This document shows positions 17,303 to 25,033 of a stretch of 64,000 bases of DNA, in pieces (the stretch's first letter is position 1; the number at the start of each line of letters is the position of its first letter). A program made the translations under genes and the position numbers. The stretch is from a virus. Location of the stretch: positions 1 to 64,000 of IMG/VR virus record IMGVR_UViG_3300032284_001716. One strand, 5' to 3'. A model generated the notes under the pieces. It worked only from the letters and a program-made list of their open reading frames with translations. It had not been told where the DNA came from and did no database searches.

Positions 17303-18055
17303 GTGCAAATGGATCAGAAAGCAGCCGCAAGATTAACAAGAAAACAAAAACGCGTCATGCAGCAGGGAAACTTCAAGGAACCATCATTCAAATTAACATT
17401 TAGGTTAAAGGATGTACAACCTCTCACTGATAACCAAAGATTAACATTCGAATACTATGACACCGGAAAGAACCTCCTCCTCCATGGAATTGCAGGCACC
17501 GGCAAATCATTCCTCTCCATATACCTATCACTGCGCTCAATCCTGGCAGACCAATGTCGATATAAAAAGCTGGTCATCGTTAGGTCGGTTGTCCCAACAC
17601 GCGACATGGGTTTCTTGCCCGGGAACAACAAAGAGAAAGCAAAGGTATACGAAGCCCCATACCAAGCGATCTTCAATGAGCTCTTTGAAAGAGGTGATGC
17701 ATATGAGTTTCTCAAAAATAAAAATCTTGTCGATTTCATCAGTACTTCTTTCATACGTGGTATTACTCTCAATGACTGCATTATTGTTGTTGACGAGATA
17801 GCCAATATGACACTACACGAGTTGGACTCCGTCATCACTCGTGTAGGTAAGAATTGTAAGATAATCTTCTGTGGTGACTTTAGGCAGTCTGACTTCACAA
17901 AAGAACATGAACGTAGTGGCCTAAAAGACTTTATGAGAATCATCAACAAGATGGACTCATTTGAATTTGTTGATTTCGACGAGAACGATATTGTTCGCAG
18001 TCGAATGGTGAAGGAATATATCATTGCTAAGGACAGACTCAAGATCGTGGCTTAG
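17303..18055 (+). CDS. phoH: PhoH-family ATPase
   Basis: GIAGTGKS, GFLPG, FIRGITL, DEIAN, GDFRQSD. Confidence 0.95.
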   Translation: MQMDQKAAARLTRKQKRVMQQGNFKEPSFKLTFRLKDVQPLTDNQRLTFEYYDTGKNLLLHGIAGTGKSFLSIYLSLRSILADQCRYKKLVIVRSVVPTRDMGFLPGNNKEKAKVYEAPYQAIFNELFERGDAYEFLKNKNLVDFISTSFIRGITLNDCIIVVDEIANMTLHELDSVITRVGKNCKIIFCGDFRQSDFTKEHERSGLKDFMRIINKMDSFEFVDFDENDIVRSRMVKEYIIAKDRLKIVA

Positions 18056-18737
18056 GCCTAAGTTCGAGCGCGGAAAAACATTCGAGCACGACTTCCTGCA
18101 CTTTGAAGACTTTGAGGCAAAGATCATCGATGGAAAGCGTTACTATTTTGCCCCAGATGGCAACGCTTATCCATCGGTGACCTCTGTCCTCGGTGCAAAG
18201 AAGGACAAGACTCACCTAGACAAGTGGATTGCACGCGTCGGTGAGGAGCGAGCAGAGCAGATTAAGGTGCAGGCAGGAAATCGTGGTACTGCAATCCATA
18301 CCATCTGCGAAGAGTACATGCTCAACAAGGAACACTACCCCGAGAACGTCATGCCGGCAAACATCATGACGTTCAAGAACATCAAGCCTGTGCTTGATGC
18401 ACACATTGGTACGGTATATGCCATCGAGGCACCATTGTACTCTGCCGAACTTCATACAGCCGGACGAACAGACTGCATCGCAGAGTTCGATGGCTGCATG
18501 AGCATTGTGGACTTCAAGACATCGCTAAAGCCGAAGAAGGAGGAGTGGATTACCGACTACTTCCTTCAGGCCACATGCTATGGTGAGATGGCTTGTCAGC
18601 TATCCAACCGCTTGGAGATTCCTCAGATCGTTGTCATCATCTCTGTTGACGATCAGCCAGAACCTCAGGTGTTCATCAAGAACCGATACGACTATGTCAA
18701 ACAGATGCGCTCTGTGTTCGATGGAACCATTCGATGA
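18024..18737 (+). CDS. PD-(D/E)xK exonuclease
   Basis: YPSVTSVL, RGTAIH, AGRTDC…IVDFKTS, YFLQATCY. Confidence 0.9.
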   Translation: MLRTDSRSWLRPKFERGKTFEHDFLHFEDFEAKIIDGKRYYFAPDGNAYPSVTSVLGAKKDKTHLDKWIARVGEERAEQIKVQAGNRGTAIHTICEEYMLNKEHYPENVMPANIMTFKNIKPVLDAHIGTVYAIEAPLYSAELHTAGRTDCIAEFDGCMSIVDFKTSLKPKKEEWITDYFLQATCYGEMACQLSNRLEIPQIVVIISVDDQPEPQVFIKNRYDYVKQMRSVFDGTIR

Positions 18738-19411
18738 ATGTGGCTGTTATCACAGGTGCAAAGTCGTGGATCGCTATAGAGACTCAAAAGAAGCTTGAGG
18801 CGAACGGTTGGACTGTTGTCATGTGTGATCGTACCATCATGGACGTACAGGATCCAATGTCTGTACGGAAGGCCTTGAGCAAGATTCTAGCTGACCATGG
18901 ACGGATCAATGCCATGATCAATGTGGCAGGCGGTATCCGTATTCGTGGTGGTAGCGAGCTGCGTGGGAACTTCACCACACAGGCACCATCAGAGTTCGCA
19001 GAGATCATCGACAAGAACTTCATGAGTGTGGTGAACACAAGCCGAGAGGTGATCCCCTACCTTATGAACACACGTGGATCGATCGTCAACGTTGTGTCTA
19101 CTGCGGCTCTGAAGGGGATCCCTCGAATGTCTGCATACTCGGCTGCTAAGGGGGCGGTTCTTGCCTTCAGCAGAGCCTTGGCACAGGAACTAGGCAGCTG
19201 GCAGGTCCGAGTGAACTGTGTATTACCCGGTGTTACAACCAGCCAGTGGAATCCTCATGGCCGGAATCCGATCAATACCGAGCTATCTCCCCTAGGCCGT
19301 ATAACCTCACCGGTGGACGTGGCAGGTGCCATTGCATATCTGGTGTCCGATGATGCCAGCCATACCACAGGCGCGTGTGTGGATGTGTCCGGTGGAGTTG
19401 CCCTGCACTAG
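18734..19411 (+). CDS. Short-chain dehydrogenase/reductase
   Basis: NVAG, YSAAK catalytic motif, VRVNCVLPG, VSGG. Confidence 0.88.
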   Translation: MNVAVITGAKSWIAIETQKKLEANGWTVVMCDRTIMDVQDPMSVRKALSKILADHGRINAMINVAGGIRIRGGSELRGNFTTQAPSEFAEIIDKNFMSVVNTSREVIPYLMNTRGSIVNVVSTAALKGIPRMSAYSAAKGAVLAFSRALAQELGSWQVRVNCVLPGVTTSQWNPHGRNPINTELSPLGRITSPVDVAGAIAYLVSDDASHTTGACVDVSGGVALH

Positions 19412-19423
19412 CTAGAATCCAAC

Positions 19424-19441
19424 TGTGACAAATATGTCACA
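19424..19441. promoter_or_regulatory. Palindromic operator, copy 1
   Basis: TGTGAC-AAATAT-GTCACA, 36 bp upstream of -35. Confidence 0.7.
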
Positions 19442-19476
19442 CGGCCCAGAGAAGTGTCTCTGGGCCGCATTTTTTT
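19442..19476 (+). terminator. Intrinsic terminator after SDR gene
   Basis: CGGCCCAGAGA-AGTG-TCTCTGGGCCG followed by CA-T7. Confidence 0.8.
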
Positions 19477-19477
19477 A

Positions 19478-19506
19478 TGTACTTGCCTATAGATATATCG
19501 TATGAT
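19478..19506 (+). promoter_or_regulatory. Early promoter
   Basis: TGTACT-N17-TATGAT. Confidence 0.7.
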
Positions 19507-19532
19507 CAGAGAGTCAACAACGGAGTGACAAA

Positions 19533-19682
19533 ATGACTATCCAAGACATCTTTTCGGATTTCAAAAACCTTGTAACGGATTCTGAAAAAGTTAAGTATCT
19601 GCAATCGTTACAATCCCTTAACCTTCCTTTCGAAATTAATTACGAAAATCTGATCAATTTTTATCAGAAACGTAACAAATAA
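19533..19682 (+). CDS. Small early protein, 49 aa (not in ORF track)
   Basis: GGAG SD; MTIQDIFSDFKNLVTDSEKVKYLQSL…. Confidence 0.7.
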   Translation: MTIQDIFSDFKNLVTDSEKVKYLQSLQSLNLPFEINYENLINFYQKRNK

Positions 19683-19697
19683 CGAAACAATTAGCAC

Positions 19698-19715
19698 TGT
19701 GACATAAAAGTCACA
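19698..19715. promoter_or_regulatory. Palindromic operator, copy 2
   Basis: TGTGAC-ATAAAA-GTCACA (palindrome extends 19691-19722), 36 bp upstream of -35. Confidence 0.7.
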
Positions 19716-19751
19716 GTGCTAAGTAATAGCTCGGGGGACCGCATTTTCTAG

Positions 19752-19780
19752 TGTACTTACCCCTCAGAACTTCGTATAAT
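19752..19780 (+). promoter_or_regulatory. Early promoter
   Basis: TGTACT-N17-TATAAT. Confidence 0.75.
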
Positions 19781-19813
19781 GATTAGGTTAGATGAGATCA
19801 GGAGCTAAGCAAT

Positions 19814-19972
19814 ATGATGTACATTCGCCAAATCGAGACTCTTCTGGGCTGTGACCGTGCCACTGCTGTGGCTGTGTTTGACCTCATGTACGACCTCGAC
19901 TGCTCTGAGTGCTCGGACCGTCAGTTCAATAAGGCTGCCCGTCAGGCATATGCCGAGCTTCTGGCACAGTGA
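19814..19972 (+). CDS. Small early protein, 52 aa (not in ORF track)
   Basis: AGGAG SD; MMYIRQIETLLGCDRATAVAVFDLM…. Confidence 0.7.
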   Translation: MMYIRQIETLLGCDRATAVAVFDLMYDLDCSECSDRQFNKAARQAYAELLAQ

Positions 19973-19985
19973 CATATATGTCACA
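19968..19985. promoter_or_regulatory. Palindromic operator, copy 3
   Basis: AGTGAC-ATATAT-GTCACA, 36 bp upstream of -35. Confidence 0.65.
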
Positions 19986-20021
19986 CCGCCTGGGAATGTT
20001 ATTGCCAAGCGAAAATAACTA

Positions 20022-20050
20022 TGTACGATGGCCTCGGAACTTCGTATAAT
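20022..20050 (+). promoter_or_regulatory. Early promoter
   Basis: TGTACG-N17-TATAAT. Confidence 0.72.
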
Positions 20051-20094
20051 GATCAAGTTGAATGGTTGAAACCAACTCGAATGGAGACTACATA

Positions 20095-20601
20095 ATGGCT
20101 AAGCGTGGACAAAAGACTGCAACGACTATCTCCGTCATGGAAGCTAACCGTGGCAAGTCGTATGACGAAATCGGTGCTCTGATTGCCGAAGCTCTCGGTG
20201 CTCAGAACGGTACCGGCCGCCTCTACTACCGCTACATGGTTGAGGCCGGTAAGGTCCAGGGTTTCCCTGCTCCTTGGATGGATGGAACTGCCACTAAGGC
20301 GCCTAAGGTTGCCAAGGCACCTCGTGCCAAGACTGCCAAGGTTGCTAAGGTCAAGAACACTGTGACTGCTACGGTCAAGTCTGTCGACGAGATCGAAGCT
20401 ATCAAGCAGAAGAACCTTGAGACGATGCTAGCTGTGAGCGCCAAGCTCTCTCGCGTCCGTGACTTCTCCAAGCCTGTCAAGGAAGAGGAAGTCAAGGACG
20501 GTGAGTACTCGCCGCACCTTGACCGCGAAGAGGAGCTCAACGTCCTCCGCGCTGAAGGTCTGATCGATCAGGTTCCTCAGTATTCCCACCTTGAAGGCTA
20601 A
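20095..20601 (+). CDS. Early protein with Lys/Ala/Pro-rich linker, possibly DNA-binding
   Basis: GGAG SD; TKAPKVAKAPRAKTAKVAKVK segment. Confidence 0.75.
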   Translation: MAKRGQKTATTISVMEANRGKSYDEIGALIAEALGAQNGTGRLYYRYMVEAGKVQGFPAPWMDGTATKAPKVAKAPRAKTAKVAKVKNTVTATVKSVDEIEAIKQKNLETMLAVSAKLSRVRDFSKPVKEEEVKDGEYSPHLDREEELNVLRAEGLIDQVPQYSHLEG

Positions 20602-20607
20602 TCGGTA

Positions 20608-20629
20608 GAGGGCAGCTTCGGCTGCCCTC
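20608..20629 (+). terminator. UUCG tetraloop hairpin (terminator or stabiliser)
   Basis: GAGGGCAGC-TTCG-GCTGCCCTC; no U tract. Confidence 0.55.
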
Positions 20630-20673
20630 CATCACGGACACATCTCGGTGTGCCTCTGATGGAGGGTATGACT

Positions 20674-20913
20674 ATGGAACCTGAAAATCTTACATTCGAG
20701 CACCTGACTCTCGACGAGGCTCGCGCTCAAGCTATTGTGATGCTTCGCTCTCTTGTCAAGGTGAAGGTATCGAAGATCAATAATCTGATCCGCGATATCG
20801 AGCGTGCCAAGAACTCTCGCGAGGTTCAACGTATCATGTGGAATGCCTATATGGCCGGCACCGGCTTCGGTGTGTCTGGTTCCGATTGGCAGAAGTTTCA
20901 TAAGGGAGTCTGA
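20674..20913 (+). CDS. Hypothetical early protein
   Basis: GGAGG SD; phage-like codon usage. Confidence 0.7.
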   Translation: MEPENLTFEHLTLDEARAQAIVMLRSLVKVKVSKINNLIRDIERAKNSREVQRIMWNAYMAGTGFGVSGSDWQKFHKGV

Positions 20914-20914
20914 C

Positions 20915-21178
20915 ATGGTTATCAAGCCTATTAGCAAAGCTGGCCAGTCGAAGACTGGTGTTCTCTACGACATCACGGTCACCGCTATAGCCGAAGTCCT
21001 TGGATTTCCGCCCAACATTGAGGACGATCCGGACAAGGTGGAGAACTCTTGGGGGTTCGAGATCGATGGCAAGCAGTTTGGCATTTGGGACTATAAGGGT
21101 TCTCACCACATGGGCCAGTTCTCGACCTATGGTGATAGCTCTGTCCTAGCTAAGCTCTTCCCCGCCCATTACGTGTGA
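20915..21178 (+). CDS. Hypothetical early protein
   Basis: GGGAG SD; DDPDKV…WGF…IWDYKG. Confidence 0.7.
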   Translation: MVIKPISKAGQSKTGVLYDITVTAIAEVLGFPPNIEDDPDKVENSWGFEIDGKQFGIWDYKGSHHMGQFSTYGDSSVLAKLFPAHYV

Positions 21179-21185
21179 AATGAGT

Positions 21186-21249
21186 GATGTACAACCACCG
21201 TACTTCGTGGTATAATTATCCTATCAAATGAGGAAAGGAACTTAGCATG
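21186..21249 (+). repeat. Promoter-leader-RBS module, copy A
   Basis: TGTACA-N17-TATAAT…GAAAGGAAC…ATG; 57/64 identical to 21523-21586. Confidence 0.85.
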
Positions 21250-21516
21250 TCGTTGTCTTTTACGAAGTTGCTCCAGTCGATCCATCAGCTCGACAATGGT
21301 GAGCTTAACACTGTCATCGAGCACATCAAGGCTCGCCGGGCGGAACTGGCCACTCGCAACCGCCTGACCTTGAAGGTCGGTGATACCGTGACCTTTACCG
21401 GCCGTGGCAAGTCCCATGTCGGCAAGATCGAGGCCATCAAGGTCAAGAACGCTGTTGTCCGTGAGGGTAACATCAGCTGGCGTGTTCCTCTGAATCTGCT
21501 GGCTTCTGCCGCATGA
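21247..21516 (+). CDS. Hypothetical early protein (SH3/KOW-like C-terminus)
   Basis: LKVGDTVTF…GKIEAIKVK…WRVP. Confidence 0.75.
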   Translation: MSLSFTKLLQSIHQLDNGELNTVIEHIKARRAELATRNRLTLKVGDTVTFTGRGKSHVGKIEAIKVKNAVVREGNISWRVPLNLLASAA

Positions 21517-21522
21517 TTTAGA

Positions 21523-21586
21523 GATGTACAATCTCGCTACTTCGTGGTATAATTATCCTATCAAATGGTGAAAGGAACATAGCATG
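21523..21586 (+). repeat. Promoter-leader-RBS module, copy B
   Basis: Near-identical to 21186-21249. Confidence 0.85.
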
Positions 21587-22510
21587 GCACATATGGTTGA
21601 GACGATGGCCTACGCCGGTGAAACACCTTGGCATGGTCTTGGGTACAAAGTTCCTGCGGATCTGACTCCTGCTCAGATGCTGGAAGCTGCAAAGCTTGAT
21701 TGGACGGTTTCGAAGGTTCCTGCTTACGCAGAGATCAACGGCATCCAGACACCAATCGGTCGTTCTGCTCTCGTGCGTTCGTCTGATAGCTCGATGCTCG
21801 ATGTTGTGTCTGACGACTGGAATCCTATCCAGAACCAAGAGGCCTTTGAGTTCTTCAATGAGTTCATCGCTGCTGGTGACATGGAGATGCATACGGCTGG
21901 TTCGCTCCGTGATGGCCAGATCGTGTGGGGTCTTGCTAAGGTGCGTGATTCCTTCGAGCTCTTCAAGGGCGATCAGGTTGACTCCTACCTTCTCTTCTCG
22001 AACTTCCACCGCTACGGCTTCAGCACTGACGTGCGCTTCACTCCTATCCGTGTCGTGTGCAACAACACACTGACTCTGTCGCTCAACTCCAAGGTTGAGA
22101 ACTTCGTGAAGATCAGCCATCGTTCGAAGTTCGATGCTGACACCACCAAGGAGATGCTCGGCATCGCGAAGGAGAAGCTTGCGCAATACAAGGACATGGC
22201 TTCATTCCTTGGCTCTAAGATGGCCAAGACTGAGAACATCGTCGAGTACTTCAACAGCATCTTCCCTGCGACCGGCAAGAAGGATGCAAGCCGCAACGCA
22301 GAGCGTGCGATGGAAGTGCTTCACACACAGCCCGGTGCAAACTTCGCCGAGGGTACATGGTGGCAGCCTTTCAATGCGGTCACCTACCTGACCGACCATG
22401 AGCTTGGTCGTACCGCTGATAGCCGCCTTGCTGCTGCATGGTATGGCTACAACAAGTCCCTCAAGACCAAGGCTCTTGAGGTTGCGGTTGAGATGGCGGA
22501 AGCAGCTTAA
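21584..22510 (+). CDS. DUF932 (LGT_TIGR03299) family protein
   Basis: MAHMVETMAYAGETPWHGLG…TPIRVVCNNTL…NAVT. Confidence 0.92.
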   Translation: MAHMVETMAYAGETPWHGLGYKVPADLTPAQMLEAAKLDWTVSKVPAYAEINGIQTPIGRSALVRSSDSSMLDVVSDDWNPIQNQEAFEFFNEFIAAGDMEMHTAGSLRDGQIVWGLAKVRDSFELFKGDQVDSYLLFSNFHRYGFSTDVRFTPIRVVCNNTLTLSLNSKVENFVKISHRSKFDADTTKEMLGIAKEKLAQYKDMASFLGSKMAKTENIVEYFNSIFPATGKKDASRNAERAMEVLHTQPGANFAEGTWWQPFNAVTYLTDHELGRTADSRLAAAWYGYNKSLKTKALEVAVEMAEAA

Positions 22511-22519
22511 GCTGCTTCC
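22498..22519 (+). terminator. Hairpin spanning DUF932 stop codon
   Basis: GGAAGCAGC-TTAA-GCTGCTTCC perfect palindrome. Confidence 0.5.
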
Positions 22520-22545
22520 CCTTATATGTAATCCCAAAATGGAGA

Positions 22546-23676
22546 ATGTTAATGGCAGCTCGTCGCCCCGCTAGCTTGTTGAAGGCTAAGTCTAAGGATA
22601 GGAAGCCTCGTGTTTCACGATCCGAAGCTTACCGGATCAATGTTAAGTATATGGGCGAGGAGCCTGTCTTTACGAAGCCATTGACGCCGAGTGAGTACGG
22701 TAATGCCTTGAACTGGTATAACTGTATGGCTGACAAGGATGAGGCGCGTGAGTACACGTACACGTACCTGAAAAACGAAGGCAGGCTTGAGGAGCTGAAG
22801 GCACTGAAGCGTGTGCCTGATACGTGGCTCAACCTCTCGTGCGCGTGGGTGTGCCGTATGCTCACACTTGGGTATGTGCTTCCTGGCAATCCCAAGGAGT
22901 ACATCGACATTCGTCTTCAGGAGCAGTTGCTCAAGGCGAAGAAGGAAGAGCCTGAAGTTGCCAAGCCTTCTATTCAGGATCGTACGCGTGAGAAGGCTCA
23001 TGACATCATCGGTGAGATTGAGGAGATGATCGACAAGGAGACGATCTTCAGCATGTACGATTGGCTGAAGGCTCGCAGTGTTCCTGCGATGTATGCTCCT
23101 ATGATCATCGCCCATTATGCTCCATGGTTGTGTGAGTTGATTGAGGCATATGAAGGCAAGGATCCTCAGCTCAAGGAGGCCTATAGCTATCTGACGAAGA
23201 AGCAGTTGGCAGACCGTATCAAGTTCTTCCATGCGCTTATCTCTGATGCTGAGAAGTATGCTGGTGTTGCGAAGAAGACTCGTGCTCCTCGTAAGCCACG
23301 TCCTGTATCAAAGGAGAAGCTACTGAAGAACCTCAAGTTCCAGAAGGAGGATGCAGACTTCAAGATTGCATCCGTCAATCCTGAGAAGATCCTTGGCGCA
23401 CAGGAACTGTGGTGCTTCAATACGAAGTACAAGGTGCTCACTGTGTTCCGTGCATTGGATCGTGGTGGACTTCAGGTCAAGCGCTCTAGCATCATCGGCT
23501 TCGATGAGAAGACGAGCATGAGCCGTGGGTGTGGTCGATCGGCTGACAAGATTGTACAATCAGTACTGACAGCCGGCAAGATCACTCTTCGCAAGGTGAT
23601 GGATGATCTGAAGACCGTAAGGGTACTTCAAGAACGCATGAATGAGAACACAATTCTATTAAAGGTGGTGATGTAA
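22546..23676 (+). CDS. Conserved hypothetical phage protein
   Basis: 376-aa ORF with GGAG SD; no family recognised. Confidence 0.75.
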   Translation: MLMAARRPASLLKAKSKDRKPRVSRSEAYRINVKYMGEEPVFTKPLTPSEYGNALNWYNCMADKDEAREYTYTYLKNEGRLEELKALKRVPDTWLNLSCAWVCRMLTLGYVLPGNPKEYIDIRLQEQLLKAKKEEPEVAKPSIQDRTREKAHDIIGEIEEMIDKETIFSMYDWLKARSVPAMYAPMIIAHYAPWLCELIEAYEGKDPQLKEAYSYLTKKQLADRIKFFHALISDAEKYAGVAKKTRAPRKPRPVSKEKLLKNLKFQKEDADFKIASVNPEKILGAQELWCFNTKYKVLTVFRALDRGGLQVKRSSIIGFDEKTSMSRGCGRSADKIVQSVLTAGKITLRKVMDDLKTVRVLQERMNENTILLKVVM

Positions 23677-23888
23677 TGGGCAAAAAGTATCGGATCCATG
23701 TCATGGAGTCTGAACGTGGTTGGGGTCAGGATCGTTGGACCGAAACGTTTGACACGTACAGTGAAGCGCTAGCTCGGATCAACTCTATTAATGCTCAGAA
23801 TACTGCGCGCAATGCACCCGATTGGTATCAGGTAGCTTATGGAAAGATCGACGTTATCGATGATGGAGTACCAGATGAAAATTCTTAA
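23676..23888 (+). CDS. Hypothetical protein
   Basis: TAATG coupling; ESERGWG…APDWY. Confidence 0.7.
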   Translation: MGKKYRIHVMESERGWGQDRWTETFDTYSEALARINSINAQNTARNAPDWYQVAYGKIDVIDDGVPDENS

Positions 23889-24309
23889 TGAGTGTTCGTT
23901 CCTCACAGACGCTGGTATCAGCAAGATCGAAGAGAAGTATAACGCAAAGTACGTCCTAGAGGCTTGCATCAAGGATGCTAATGGTCAATGGGCAAATATG
24001 CCGTGTGCTATCTTCTACAGTGAGACGGCGCACCCACAAGGCTCAAACTACTTTGCATTGTACTACAGCTCACGCCATAATACATACATGATCACTGATG
24101 GTCTGTCTGCTGTGGATGGTGTTGTGTTTAATGGTATCGAGTGCGAGGATGAGGTAGTCTACTCTCGCTATCGTCATGACTTCCGTAAGCACAAGAATGG
24201 TGCGTTCATCGATGGTGGGCGTGACTATGGTCGCTTCGGCGGTGACGCTTTCGAAGACTACAATCATGTAAAGTTCATCGTAAACAAGGATCGCTTAGAG
24301 ATAATCTGA
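23875..24309 (+). CDS. Hypothetical protein
   Basis: GGAG SD; YSRYRHDF…IDGGRDY. Confidence 0.7.
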   Translation: MKILNECSFLTDAGISKIEEKYNAKYVLEACIKDANGQWANMPCAIFYSETAHPQGSNYFALYYSSRHNTYMITDGLSAVDGVVFNGIECEDEVVYSRYRHDFRKHKNGAFIDGGRDYGRFGGDAFEDYNHVKFIVNKDRLEII

Positions 24310-24349
24310 TACCTCTAAAGCCTCAAAACAGCGCAGAAGGGATAATATA

Positions 24350-24610
24350 ATGTTCATTGAAATCGACGAAGAGCTTATCGACCGTATCATCAAGCAGCGC
24401 CTCGAGGAGGACTGGGTCCATGCTAACAAGGAAATCATGATCCTTGAGAGTGAGGATCGCCGCGGTGAACTCAAGCCTTATCAGCGTGAGGATCTTGAGA
24501 TGTACCGTAGGTTGATTCCTGCAATGCGCGTCATGGCAACATGGCACTTCACAAAGTTTGAGCAGGAAGAAATCTTTGGTGTACAAGACGATGACGATGT
24601 GATAGAATAA
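24350..24610 (+). CDS. Hypothetical protein
   Basis: AAGGGA SD, 86 aa. Confidence 0.65.
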   Translation: MFIEIDEELIDRIIKQRLEEDWVHANKEIMILESEDRRGELKPYQREDLEMYRRLIPAMRVMATWHFTKFEQEEIFGVQDDDDVIE

Positions 24611-24616
24611 ATACAG

Positions 24617-24908
24617 TTGCAAAGGTTGTTGATGCGTAAGGAATAGACGTTCTGGACCCGGGGGCGGTACCCGGCGCCTCCACCATAGATACATCGACAC
24701 GGACTACATGGGTAAACCTTATGAATGTAAGTAAGTCCCAACCGAAACACAGCGGTGTATCTTTGATGGGGGCGAAATAGGATCGACAGGATGCAGTAAA
24801 GGTACGAGTAGACCAATGCAAACGTTAGATGCAAACGATAATGCACCTCTAGTTATGGCACTTGCTGCCTAACATGCGTCCGGGGGAACGTGGAAACAGA
24901 ATCCCCCA
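24617..24908 (+). ncRNA. ssrA: Circularly permuted (two-piece) tmRNA, alphaproteobacterial type; tag (A)ANDNAPLVMALAA
   Basis: Acceptor piece ends CCGGG-GGCGGTA-CCCGG-CGCCTCC-A-CCA (24685); 82-nt intervening segment; coding piece starts GGGGGCG (24768) giving G3-U70; tag frame 24831-24872; 3' hairpin. Outer ends approximate. Confidence 0.93.
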
Positions 24909-24917
24909 TCTATCTAC

Positions 24918-24994
24918 GGTCACTTAGCTCAGCTGGATAGAGCATCAGACTTCTAATCTGAGGGTCGATGGTTCGAGTCCATCAGTGATCGCCA
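24918..24994 (+). tRNA. tRNA-Arg(UCU)
   Basis: Acceptor GGTCACT/AGTGATC + G-CCA; TCAGA-CTTCTAA-TCTGA; GATGG-TTCGAGT-CCATC. Confidence 0.95.
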
Positions 24995-25033
24995 GCATAT
25001 ATAGTGTGTCCGAAACTGACTGAAGGAGTCAAC

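Noticed and set aside
19424-19985. Repeats as a CRISPR array
   Set aside because: Spacing is 270-274 bp, the intervals contain promoters and ORFs, and no cas genes are present
19424-19985. Palindromes as canonical CRP/FNR boxes
   Set aside because: TGTGA-N8-TCACA, not N6; left as unknown operator
21518-23232. Long antisense ORFs (222, 205 aa; also 31052-31681, 17455-18042, 45068-45598)
   Set aside because: Mirror frames of well-supported + strand genes, caused by codon bias
24323-24846. Three minus-strand ORFs (125, 121, 90 aa)
   Set aside because: Antisense shadows of the tmRNA and the upstream gene
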